DNA of 64,000 bases from an uncultured Gammaproteobacteria bacterium (GTDB lineage Bacteria; Patescibacteriota; Microgenomatia; UBA1406; GWC2-37-13), in assembly GCA_964545385.1 (NCBI GenBank), contig CAZJFG010000001.1, positions 40,365 to 104,364 on the forward strand, written 5' to 3'. Below are positions 55,280 through 63,695 of the stretch, piece by piece (position 1 is the first letter of the stretch; each line of letters starts with the position of its first letter). The notes under the pieces are model-generated. The model had not been told where the DNA came from. It ran no database searches and was given only the letters and a program-made list of their open reading frames with translations. The translations under genes were made by a program, and so were the position numbers.

Positions 55280-57043
55280 CTAATCAAGGTCGACTTGATA
55301 AATTTTTTCTTTAATCAAAACATAACAGACATCATCATAGACTACAATATCATTACCCTTACCGAGGATTGTTGATTGTATTTGTTTTTCATAAGTGCCA
55401 TTTTTACTTAGAATGTATAGACTTCCTTTATCTTTATCCCAACTATAGACCTTTTCTAAATCCTTTGTCGTAAAAATTTTTGTTAAATTAAAATTTTCAT
55501 CCGGGAAAGAAGTTCTAAAAGTTTCTCTTCCGCCTGCTGTAAACTTGGCCGTATAGTCTGGAAATCCAATATACAAGGAAGAGTCGATCATCAGCGATGT
55601 CGCTTGATCAAGACTAATTGCATCTTCTGATTTTAGATAATCGATTTTCTCTCCATAGCCGTCTTCTGCCACAATATATTTGTAAATTTTGCTTTTTCCA
55701 GAATCCAATAGATAAATATTGCCGTTGTAAATTGACATGCTTTTAATTTTTCCCCAATCTTTATCGTATTTAATAACTATTTTTGCTCTACCGTCTTCAC
55801 CTACTTTATAAATGCCTTTTGAAGGAACTAAAAAAAAAGTGTCATACTGATATGCGGCAATAGTACTTGCATTTTTAATCTCCGTATTGATTACCTTATC
55901 CAGCGATTTTTTTGAAAGTGACAAAAGATATATGGCCCCTTGAGCTTTATCCAAAATAGCCAAAGTATCTTCGTTTAAATACAAACTGTCTCCTTGAGCT
56001 TCTTTTTTATCAAGAGTAAGATCGTAAAATTCTTCATATTTTTTATCTTCTTTTTTGACAATTTTATTTTCCTTTTTATTAATCAAGTTTTCAATTTCTT
56101 TGATTTCCGCGCGGTCTTCTTTAACTTCTTTTTTAAGACTGTTTAACTCTTTTCTTGCTTCGATAACCAAAGCTTGAGCCCGTGGTAGATTTAAAGAAGC
56201 TACTTCTTCTGCTTGATCAAGTTTTTGGGTAATTAATTCTTCGCTTTTTTTAATCTTTTCGTTTGTCAATCCTTCCTGTCGACGAACCACACCAAGCCCC
56301 ACGCTCCAAAAAAGAATAATAACTATGACAACAGCCAAACCCATTGTTAAAGTTCTTTTTTTCCCGCCTTCGGCCTGATAGTCTTGAAATTTCTGCAAAA
56401 GTTTTGTTAAAAAAAGTTGAGTTTTTTCAAGAACCTGCGGTTTTGTAACAATTTTAGCTCTTTTCTCTTGCTGTCTGTATTCGATCTCGTTTTCAAAAAA
56501 CTGTAAAAAAAGAGCTACGACACCGGAATCTCTGTTAATATTCATCTCCGACGCCAAACTCTCGACTACTTGATTGGGTTTTTTATTGTCAAAAATTCGC
56601 TCAAGATTTTTTTCACCAAACAAATTGACAAACTTCGTTGTTGTCAAAACAAAAAAATCTTTTTTTTCAATAAAACCCGAGGCGGTTTTTTCTCCTTCGA
56701 TAATTTTGGTTAATTTATTTTTCCGTTGTAAAAAAATCAGGCCGGAGCCAATTGTTTTTAAATAACAAATATTATCAACCACTAAACCAGTGGCAAGGGA
56801 AAGACCTGCCGGTAAATTATAATTTTTTATTTCTTCATTGATAAAATTTTCAAAATCAGTTAGATTTCCGACTTTTTTGATTTGGAAATCTTTTTTTATT
56901 TTATTTAGCATCTCTCTACCTAGTTCTTTAGATAATCCTTCCTCAATATCAACCACCAAAAAAAATTTTTCCTCAGGTATAAATCCAAAAAAACCATTTT
57001 CTGTGTCCTTTCCCAAATAAACGGCAAGCTGAGCTTTTAGCAT
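55280..57043 (-). CDS. Large single-pass membrane protein: cytoplasmic N-domain, TM, coiled coil, repeat-rich extracytoplasmic domain
   Basis: I place the start at MLKAQLAVYLGK (57041-57043), 2 nt after the upstream stop. TM LTMGLAVVIVIILFWSVGLGVV, then a Lys/Glu coiled coil, then a beta-rich C-terminus. Confidence 0.7.
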   Translation of the reverse strand: MLKAQLAVYLGKDTENGFFGFIPEEKFFLVVDIEEGLSKELGREMLNKIKKDFQIKKVGNLTDFENFINEEIKNYNLPAGLSLATGLVVDNICYLKTIGSGLIFLQRKNKLTKIIEGEKTASGFIEKKDFFVLTTTKFVNLFGEKNLERIFDNKKPNQVVESLASEMNINRDSGVVALFLQFFENEIEYRQQEKRAKIVTKPQVLEKTQLFLTKLLQKFQDYQAEGGKKRTLTMGLAVVIVIILFWSVGLGVVRRQEGLTNEKIKKSEELITQKLDQAEEVASLNLPRAQALVIEARKELNSLKKEVKEDRAEIKEIENLINKKENKIVKKEDKKYEEFYDLTLDKKEAQGDSLYLNEDTLAILDKAQGAIYLLSLSKKSLDKVINTEIKNASTIAAYQYDTFFLVPSKGIYKVGEDGRAKIVIKYDKDWGKIKSMSIYNGNIYLLDSGKSKIYKYIVAEDGYGEKIDYLKSEDAISLDQATSLMIDSSLYIGFPDYTAKFTAGGRETFRTSFPDENFNLTKIFTTKDLEKVYSWDKDKGSLYILSKNGTYEKQIQSTILGKGNDIVVYDDVCYVLIKEKIYQVDLD

Positions 57044-57045
57044 AA

Positions 57046-57273
57046 TTAAACAAACAATACAGCATAACCGAAAACTATTAATGAAAAAAGTATTTGAATA
57101 AAAGAAATAGTATTGACTAGTTTTTCCCATCTGGTTTTCAGAATTTTATTCATAACCTGGACCTGTTTATAAATAACCAAGGAAAACAAAATATAAATAA
57201 ACGAAAAAATAATACTAAATGCTTTAACGGCTATATTGAGAAGTTCTTTGTTGTTCAACAAATTTAAACTCAT
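57046..57273 (-). CDS. Small two-TM membrane protein
   Basis: 75 aa and hydrophobic, tightly packed between neighbouring genes (4-nt overlap upstream). Confidence 0.5.
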   Translation of the reverse strand: MSLNLLNNKELLNIAVKAFSIIFSFIYILFSLVIYKQVQVMNKILKTRWEKLVNTISFIQILFSLIVFGYAVLFV

Positions 57274-57818
57274 ATTTTATTTTGTATTAAATCGTTAATA
57301 ATTTTGGCAACTTCTGAAGGTTTTGGAACATTAATAAACTCAACATTGGCTTCGGTTCCCGCAGTCTGGACACAGACGTTGCCAAAGCCGAAAGCCGAAG
57401 AAAAAAACCCACCTGATTTGGAAGTGACATCTTCAATTTTTCCAAGAAGAGCTATTGTTACCTCTTTATACAAAACACTATGGAGATCTATGTCAACAAC
57501 TCTTTGGTTAGTCACAATACCAACATTAAAAAACCAGTCAATTGCATTAAACCACAAATAACCAAAAACAACCCCGATCGCAAACAGATTGAAGAATATT
57601 ATTTGATAGACATTAAGTAATTTTGTTAATAAAAAATTAATTAAAAAAAAAGTTAACGCCAATATTACCGTATTTAATAACCAGTAAAATTGAGTTATCG
57701 GATGAGCACGAAGTCTGAGAATAATTTTTTCGCCTTGGTTTTGCCCATCAAATTTAGTGAATGGAAAAACGCAAAAAGAATGGAGAAAATGATGTTTCTC
57801 TTGCAATTTGGTCATCAA
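57270..57818 (-). CDS. Membrane protein with bacterial PH (YdbS/YdbT-like) domain
   Basis: Two TM helices followed by VVDIDLHSVLYKEVTIALLGKIEDV...VCVQTAG. The assignment is pattern-level. Confidence 0.55.
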   Translation of the reverse strand: MMTKLQEKHHFLHSFCVFPFTKFDGQNQGEKIILRLRAHPITQFYWLLNTVILALTFFLINFLLTKLLNVYQIIFFNLFAIGVVFGYLWFNAIDWFFNVGIVTNQRVVDIDLHSVLYKEVTIALLGKIEDVTSKSGGFFSSAFGFGNVCVQTAGTEANVEFINVPKPSEVAKIINDLIQNKI

Positions 57819-57840
57819 TATAATTATACATCTTCAATTG

Positions 57841-57869
57841 TTGATATTTAATCCACGATCTTTTATAAT
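57841..57869 (+). promoter_or_regulatory. Sigma-70-type promoter of the 5S rRNA gene
   Basis: TTGATA-17 nt-TATAAT, ending 5 nt before the 5S 5' end. Confidence 0.5.
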
Positions 57870-57874
57870 TAGAG

Positions 57875-57996
57875 TGCCCTGGTTACTTGAGCGACTTGGT
57901 CCCACCCTTTTCCATTCCGAACAAGGAAGTGAAACGAGTCAGCGCCGATGATACTTTCCGACTTGTCGGAAGGGAACGTAGGTCGTAGCCGGGGCA
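57875..57996 (+). rRNA. rrf: 5S ribosomal RNA (not linked to 23S/16S within this window)
   Basis: Terminal helix TGCCCTGG/CCGGGGCA. Conserved blocks GGTCCCACCCTTTTCCATTCCGAACAAGGAAGTGAAAC, CAGCGCCGATGATACT and GGGAACGTAGGTCG. Confidence 0.9.
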
Positions 57997-58593
57997 TTAT
58001 TTTTTATTCTTAAACAGGATATTTGCTGGAACATAAAAAATTTCTGCGTCAATATTTTTTTTTCGGCAACTTTGCATAAGCTTTGTAGCTTCGGCACTGT
58101 TGGTTGCTATTTTTTCTTCTAGACCTAATTTGGCAAGTTGTTTGATCACCAAATCCAAATCGCCAAAACTAATCATTGTTTCAACGACAGGTACAAAAGA
58201 AGATAAACCACATAATTTTTCACCTACATACTGATCATTAAACCAATGAAAATAACAGCCGTCGTTAAAGACCATATTCTCCTTTTTGTTTTTTTGGTCA
58301 AGAACAGCTTTGATTTTTTTGTCTTTTATAAAAATATCAACCAATAAATTATCTATTTTGCCGGAACAAACCCAAGGCCCGGTTAAATCTAATGTAAGTT
58401 TGGGCTGGGTATTGTTTTGTGTATGATTTGATTTAAGGTTTGAGCTTTGACTTTGAGTTTTAAGCTTTGGGTTTTGATTTTGATTGAATTTATAAACCAA
58501 AGCAACAATAATGACAGCAATCGGAATAAAAATAATAATTTTAGATAAAATAGAGAATACTTCAAAAACATCGTCGTGATCAATATTGGCCAT
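57997..58593 (-). CDS. Membrane-anchored hypothetical protein
   Basis: N-terminal TM, a low-complexity QNQNPKLKTQSQSSNLKSN linker, and a C-terminal domain of about 120 aa. Confidence 0.6.
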   Translation of the reverse strand: MANIDHDDVFEVFSILSKIIIFIPIAVIIVALVYKFNQNQNPKLKTQSQSSNLKSNHTQNNTQPKLTLDLTGPWVCSGKIDNLLVDIFIKDKKIKAVLDQKNKKENMVFNDGCYFHWFNDQYVGEKLCGLSSFVPVVETMISFGDLDLVIKQLAKLGLEEKIATNSAEATKLMQSCRKKNIDAEIFYVPANILFKNKK

Positions 58594-58600
58594 ATGATAA

Positions 58601-59695
58601 TTAATTATTCCCAGGTTCTAATAAATCTAATTCTTTAAGTTGAGGAAACTCCGAGCCAGTTTTTCCGGTTATTTTTCCGACAATTCTTGCAGTCCCTTTA
58701 ATTATTTTTTCCATTTGTTCTTCTCTATCTTTCCAAATACTTTCAAAAGCTCTTTTTTCTCTATCCAGTTCCTTTTTCATTGATAAGTAACTTTCTATTA
58801 TTCCTTCAATTTGTTGGCGGAATTCATAACCCATGACATAAGAATAAAGCTCTTCGGCTGTTGTTTCCTTATGCTGACTTATATATTTTTCTCTAGCAAC
58901 CTCAACTAATCTTTGCCTTATTAATTCTGCTAAAACAACCGCAAATGGAAATGTACAAATCCAAACACCATTTTTATAATATATCGAAGATTGACTTTCT
59001 TTGGGCATAACCGATGTCACAATTATTGGGATATTTGCCTTGGCTGATCTCAAATCTTCTTTTAATTTAATAATATATTCATCTTTCCATGTTTTTGTTC
59101 TTTTTGATTCCCATAAAATTACTCCACAATTATTCCCTTTTACTGTTTTGACAACTTGTTTGACATCAGCTCCCCTATCTCCTTTTTTAATCTCAATAAT
59201 TTCATCTGTCGGAAAAGAGTTTTTTAATTCTTTTTCTAAATCAATTTCCATTACCTCTCCTTGGTTTTGTTGAGATCCTTGGGTAGCTTTAATTTGTGCA
59301 TCTTCCAAGGCTTTTCTCAAATCGTTGATTAATTTATCTTTTTCTGCATCTTTGAAATGTTGTTTTTCTAATATCTCTTTTGCTGTTGTTTGACGAATTT
59401 TCTCTCTTTCTAAGTCTATCTGTCTTTGTTTGTCTAATTCAAAAGTTCGTTTTGCTTCGTTAAGTTGATTTCGTTCTTTTCGTAGCTCCAATTCAATTTT
59501 TTGCGATTCTTCAATTTGTTTATCTTTTTTTTCATTTTGCTCTTGAAGGTATTTTATTTCTTGACTCATCTCTTTCTTGGCTTTCAATTTAGCTTCTTTT
59601 GAAATTGTTTCTCTAACTTGATGACTCAAAGCTTCTTCAACAGAAATTTGTTTTCCACAATAAGGACATGTCATTATCAGTTGTTTATCGTCCAT
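58601..59695 (-). CDS. Zinc-ribbon plus long coiled-coil protein with a C-terminal globular domain (DUF2130-like)
   Basis: N-terminal CPYCGKQ, about 130 aa of heptad-rich K/E/Q sequence, and a C-terminal domain with D/E-K patterns. The family call is from memory of its architecture. Confidence 0.6.
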   Translation of the reverse strand: MDDKQLIMTCPYCGKQISVEEALSHQVRETISKEAKLKAKKEMSQEIKYLQEQNEKKDKQIEESQKIELELRKERNQLNEAKRTFELDKQRQIDLEREKIRQTTAKEILEKQHFKDAEKDKLINDLRKALEDAQIKATQGSQQNQGEVMEIDLEKELKNSFPTDEIIEIKKGDRGADVKQVVKTVKGNNCGVILWESKRTKTWKDEYIIKLKEDLRSAKANIPIIVTSVMPKESQSSIYYKNGVWICTFPFAVVLAELIRQRLVEVAREKYISQHKETTAEELYSYVMGYEFRQQIEGIIESYLSMKKELDREKRAFESIWKDREEQMEKIIKGTARIVGKITGKTGSEFPQLKELDLLEPGNN

Positions 59696-59751
59696 ATTAT
59701 GTAATTTTACTTTATTTACTTTTTTTTTGGTAAAATAAAACCTTAACCTAT

Positions 59752-60849
59752 ATGAAAAAAGTAATTGTTTTGTTTCTTTTGGTTATCGGAAGTTTATTTT
59801 TTATCAGCCGGCCGATCACCGCGCAGGAAAAAATAACTATAGATTTTTTTTACTCACCCACCTGTCCTCATTGTCTTAACGAAGAAAGTTTTTTGGATAA
59901 ACTGGAAAAAGAAAACAAAAACTTGCAAATTAACCGTTATGAAGCGTCTAAAAATCAAGTCCTTCTTAACAGTTATTACAAAAAATACAATGTGCCACTT
60001 TTCTACCAAGGAGCAATTCCCGTCACATTTGTTAAGAACAAATATTTTTTGGGATTTAGCGATGATATTGGTCAAAATATCAAAAATGAACTTTTTAGTA
60101 CAGAAAAAAAAGAGTTAAATCTTGTTGAAAAAATAGCTAAAAAAAAATATTCTCTACCATTACTTGCTGTTATTTTGGGCACTCTTGATGGATTTAACAT
60201 CTGCTCACTTGGCGCGCTTCTTATTATCCTTGCTCTCGCCATGTCTTTTCGTTCAAGAAAAAAAATATTTGCTTTTGGCATAACTTATCTTGTAACAACC
60301 GCAACAATTTATGGATTTTTAATCTTTTTTTGGTATCAACTTTTTAACCTGATCACTCCTTATATCCGCAAGATGGAAATTGTCATCGGCTTTTTGACGC
60401 TTGCTGGTGGGATTTATTTTATTAATGAATTTATTAAATCTTATAAACACGGACCAAAATGTGAAATTGATGAAGGGAAAAAAATCTCCGGCAAGTTTTC
60501 CGTCAAAATGAAAAAAAAGATTGCCGAAAACTCAAAACTTTTGCCGATGATTATAAGTATTTTATTTTTTGCAGGAATAATTACAATAGTCGAGTTTCCA
60601 TGCTCGGCCGCCGTTCCGCTTACCTTTGCAAGTATGCTCAGCCATGCCAAGCTTTCGTCTTCTTTTTATTTAATTTATATTGCTCTATTTGTAATTTTTT
60701 ACCTTTTGGATGAAATTATTATTTTTTTCACCACTGTTTTTACAATGAGACTTTGGTTATCCTCTCCAAAATTTGTTACCGGTATTATTTTAGTCCAGGC
60801 AATCATCATGTTTCTGTTAAGCTTTCACTACTTTTTCGGTCTTTTCTGA
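59752..60849 (+). CDS. Thioredoxin-fold (CPHC) domain fused to a DsbD/CcdA-like membrane domain
   Basis: Signal/TM, SPTCPHCLNEE, then 6 TM helices with Cys-containing helices (FNICSLGA, EFPCSAAV). Confidence 0.75.
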   Translation: MKKVIVLFLLVIGSLFFISRPITAQEKITIDFFYSPTCPHCLNEESFLDKLEKENKNLQINRYEASKNQVLLNSYYKKYNVPLFYQGAIPVTFVKNKYFLGFSDDIGQNIKNELFSTEKKELNLVEKIAKKKYSLPLLAVILGTLDGFNICSLGALLIILALAMSFRSRKKIFAFGITYLVTTATIYGFLIFFWYQLFNLITPYIRKMEIVIGFLTLAGGIYFINEFIKSYKHGPKCEIDEGKKISGKFSVKMKKKIAENSKLLPMIISILFFAGIITIVEFPCSAAVPLTFASMLSHAKLSSSFYLIYIALFVIFYLLDEIIIFFTTVFTMRLWLSSPKFVTGIILVQAIIMFLLSFHYFFGLF

Positions 60850-60851
60850 TC

Positions 60852-62090
60852 TTACAGTTTGCAGTTAAATTTACACTTACAATAAGGGCATTCCGTATGC
60901 CATGTTTCCGGTTTATCTTTTAATTCACCTTGAATTATTGCATGACAGTGCGGGCACTCATAATCGTCATAGCGCTCCGAGTTGTTTGTAAGTTCTACAG
61001 CTGACTTATGGTTGATAATTCCATTGTTATTAAGAATCGACTCCCATCCTGTTTGGAAAGAGGATTTTACATGTTCGGTGTCGACCGAACAGCTGCCACC
61101 ACCCACGACCACCGCTTCTTTGTGGATATAATTCTGTTTTATTGTCATCATCATCTGATAGTCGGAGTAATCAGGATATTCTACAGACCTTTTTACCTGA
61201 AGTTTTAGACAATCATCTTTTATATCCCGGGCAAGATTGTAAATTCCGGCAAGTGTTTTTTTCGCTTCATCTATTAAAATACTTTTTTTGCCGATATTAC
61301 CTTCTTGAATTGCGTCAAAAATTACCTGAATATATTCATTAAGCCATTCCCTGAATAAAACTTCTTTGTCCAGTTTTTTTTGGAATTTCTTGAATTCGGA
61401 CAAATCCCAAAAACCAATCTCAGCCAGAAATTTTTCAGGTTCTGTCACTTTGGCAAACAGCGGGTCTTTTAAAAAACCATTGACGTCTGTATCTTTAACA
61501 AGTTTTTTGTCGGATTTTACCAATGGAAAAAAAGATATTAGTTTTTCGTATACTTTCTCGGTTTTTCCCAAATTTTGATTTTCGTTTTCATACCTTAGAA
61601 TATATTCATCAATGTGCCCAATTTCATCCTTAATCAAAATAAATAAAAAACCATAGTTTCCAAAACCTTTCTCACCAATAGACGGTGGTGACAACCAAAA
61701 AGCAGTATTTGCCTCGTCGTTTGCAAATTTTTTTTCGATCTTTTCAAAACCAACCGCCTCGGCATACTCTCGGCTGTTTACACCTTTAACCTGACCTCTT
61801 TCTTTATAAGACTCTTCGACAGGCTTTGCTACGCCGTCAAACATGATCTGCCCATCAACCATTTGGTAATCAACCTTATCAACCAGAATCTTGCCGACAA
61901 ACTCTCCCAAAAAGCGGTAAACAGAATTATTAATATATCTTTTTGCGCTTTCTGGATTTACTCCCTGTTTTAGCTGCTTTAGAACAAAATTAACTTCATT
62001 CCCAACGCTATAGTATTTAAAAATAGAGTTTATTTCTGGTGGTTGTTGATTTTCGCAGTCGTAATATAAATTTTCTTGATATAAAGACAT
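60852..62090 (-). CDS. Hypothetical protein with C-terminal CxxC...CxxC zinc ribbon
   Basis: 412-aa ORF with C-terminal YECPHCHAIIQG...HTECPYCKCKFNC. I recognise no family. Confidence 0.7.
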   Translation of the reverse strand: MSLYQENLYYDCENQQPPEINSIFKYYSVGNEVNFVLKQLKQGVNPESAKRYINNSVYRFLGEFVGKILVDKVDYQMVDGQIMFDGVAKPVEESYKERGQVKGVNSREYAEAVGFEKIEKKFANDEANTAFWLSPPSIGEKGFGNYGFLFILIKDEIGHIDEYILRYENENQNLGKTEKVYEKLISFFPLVKSDKKLVKDTDVNGFLKDPLFAKVTEPEKFLAEIGFWDLSEFKKFQKKLDKEVLFREWLNEYIQVIFDAIQEGNIGKKSILIDEAKKTLAGIYNLARDIKDDCLKLQVKRSVEYPDYSDYQMMMTIKQNYIHKEAVVVGGGSCSVDTEHVKSSFQTGWESILNNNGIINHKSAVELTNNSERYDDYECPHCHAIIQGELKDKPETWHTECPYCKCKFNCKL

Positions 62091-62094
62091 AAAT

Positions 62095-62205
62095 TTCCCT
62101 GCTCGGGGCCATCCTCCAAAATCCGGAGGACTTGGTTGATGTTCGGACTGTCACCGTAGCGGCACTGTCGCTGACTTACACAGCGTTCCCACAACCAGAT
62201 TTTTA
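62095..62205. other. GC-rich structured intergenic segment (candidate cis-regulatory RNA or small ncRNA; strand unresolved)
   Basis: Local GC is far above the surroundings. Nested complementarity: CCTCC-AAAATCC-GGAGG, CGCTG-ACTTACA-CAGCG, and outer TTGGTTG...CAACCAG followed by ATTTTT on the plus strand. Confidence 0.35.
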
Positions 62206-62269
62206 ACCAGTTATAAAATAATCTTTTTTATTTAAAAAATCAACAGATTTTTTCCAGTATAATAAAAAA

Positions 62270-63619
62270 ATGGGTCTTTCAATTCCGGTCAAACTGATTT
62301 TGTCACTTCTTCTTGGTGCTGTTGTCGGACTTGAACGGGAATCGTACGAAAAGAAAGTAGATAAAACCCATTTGAATGGTACGGGCAGTCTTGGAATTCG
62401 AAGTTTTTCACTGATCGCTTTTCTTGGGACGCTTGCCGGAATTTTGGCAAAACCCAACTTCAGTCTTTTTCTTTTGATCTCATGTACTTTTATGCTTCTT
62501 CTCATCTGCTACTATATCATCGGTAGTTTTTTTACTAAAGATAACGGTATCACAACAGAACTTGCGATAATGATTGCTTTTTTAATCGGCATCTTTATCG
62601 GCATGGAAATCTTTTCGACTCAACTTGTTATTGCTATCACCGTGATTCTTGTTTTGATTCTTTCTCTTAAGGAACAGATTCAGCTTTTTGTCGCAGAAAT
62701 AAAACAAAATGAACTTCAATCTTTTATAAGTTATGCGATTATTGCTTTGGTTATTCTTCCTTTTGCCCCAAATATCTCCTATTCACTCTCCAATTTCCCT
62801 TGGTTAATTGATATTCTTGCGGCTTTTAATATCAATGTAAAACAAATTGTCGGAGTGGAAATTTTCAATCCTTTTAGCCTTTGGCGGATTGTTGTTATTA
62901 TTACCGGCATTGAGGTGATTGGTTATATCTTGAAAAAAACAATTGGTCAAAAAAAAGGACTGGTTTTTGCCAGCTTGGCAGGCGGTTTTATTTCCTCAAC
63001 TTCAACTACTCAGTCACTTGCAAACCAAAGTAAAAATTCTGAGAATATCAATTCTCTGGTCAGTGCTGCTGTTTTTGCCAATCTTTCAAGTTTTTTTCAA
63101 AATTTTATTTTAATTGCCACGGTAAGCAGTATTTTTTTAGTCAAAGCTTCTTTTTTCCTTTTGGCAATATCAGTAACCGCGGCAACTATCGGTTTTACCT
63201 TACTTATGCTTCAAAAAAATAACAAGCAAGAAAATTCAGAAAAAACTCAAAAACAATTAAAAGAAGATAAAATATTTTCTCTTAAACCAGCTCTTCAGTT
63301 TGCTCTTATTTTTTTAACAGTTAAACTCTTTTCAAATCTTTCTTTAATTCTTTTTGGCGAAGGGGCATTCCTAATTACGGCCGTACTGGCTTCGCTTACC
63401 GGAATGGATGCAATCACCATCAACTTAGCCCAACTTGCCGGGACAACCATTACTTTTCAAACCGCCCTATTTGCACTGGTTTTGGCAAATAGTGTCAACC
63501 TTGTCTCCAAAGCTATCTACAGTTTTATTCAAGGAAAAAAAGAGTTTGCGCTTAAGTTTTCTTTAAGCGTCTTACTTATTACCCTTTCCGGCTTTGTCAG
63601 TCTTCTTTTTTCCTATTAA
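62270..63619 (+). CDS. MgtC/SapB-family membrane protein with C-terminal DUF4010-like extension
   Basis: N-terminal ILSLLLGAVVGLERE MgtC signature and about 10 further TM helices. Confidence 0.85.
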   Translation: MGLSIPVKLILSLLLGAVVGLERESYEKKVDKTHLNGTGSLGIRSFSLIAFLGTLAGILAKPNFSLFLLISCTFMLLLICYYIIGSFFTKDNGITTELAIMIAFLIGIFIGMEIFSTQLVIAITVILVLILSLKEQIQLFVAEIKQNELQSFISYAIIALVILPFAPNISYSLSNFPWLIDILAAFNINVKQIVGVEIFNPFSLWRIVVIITGIEVIGYILKKTIGQKKGLVFASLAGGFISSTSTTQSLANQSKNSENINSLVSAAVFANLSSFFQNFILIATVSSIFLVKASFFLLAISVTAATIGFTLLMLQKNNKQENSEKTQKQLKEDKIFSLKPALQFALIFLTVKLFSNLSLILFGEGAFLITAVLASLTGMDAITINLAQLAGTTITFQTALFALVLANSVNLVSKAIYSFIQGKKEFALKFSLSVLLITLSGFVSLLFSY

Positions 63620-63658
63620 ATCACATAAAAAGTCTTATTTATGATATAATTTGAGTCT

Positions 63659-63692
63659 GATCCGCCTTAGTTTACGGTGGGTCATTTTTTTT
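63659..63692 (+). terminator. Terminator hairpin between the MgtC-like gene and typA
   Basis: GATCCGCC-ttagtttac-GGTGGGTC followed by A and T8. It ends 4 nt before the typA ATG. Confidence 0.55.
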
Positions 63693-63695
63693 CGT

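Noticed and set aside
62095-62205. Assignment of the GC-rich structured segment to a known RNA family (SRP/4.5S RNA, tRNA-like, M-box or another named riboswitch).
   Set aside because: I could not find the conserved cores I remember, for example GGAA-tetraloop/AGCA of SRP domain IV, a T-loop GTTCRANNC, or M-box GGTGAGG...GCTAAAGC. It is kept only as an unclassified candidate.
62203-62505. Minus-strand 100-aa ORF overlapping the start of the MgtC-like gene.
   Set aside because: It is antisense to a gene with a clear MgtC signature, and its Arg/Ser/Pro-rich translation looks non-genic.
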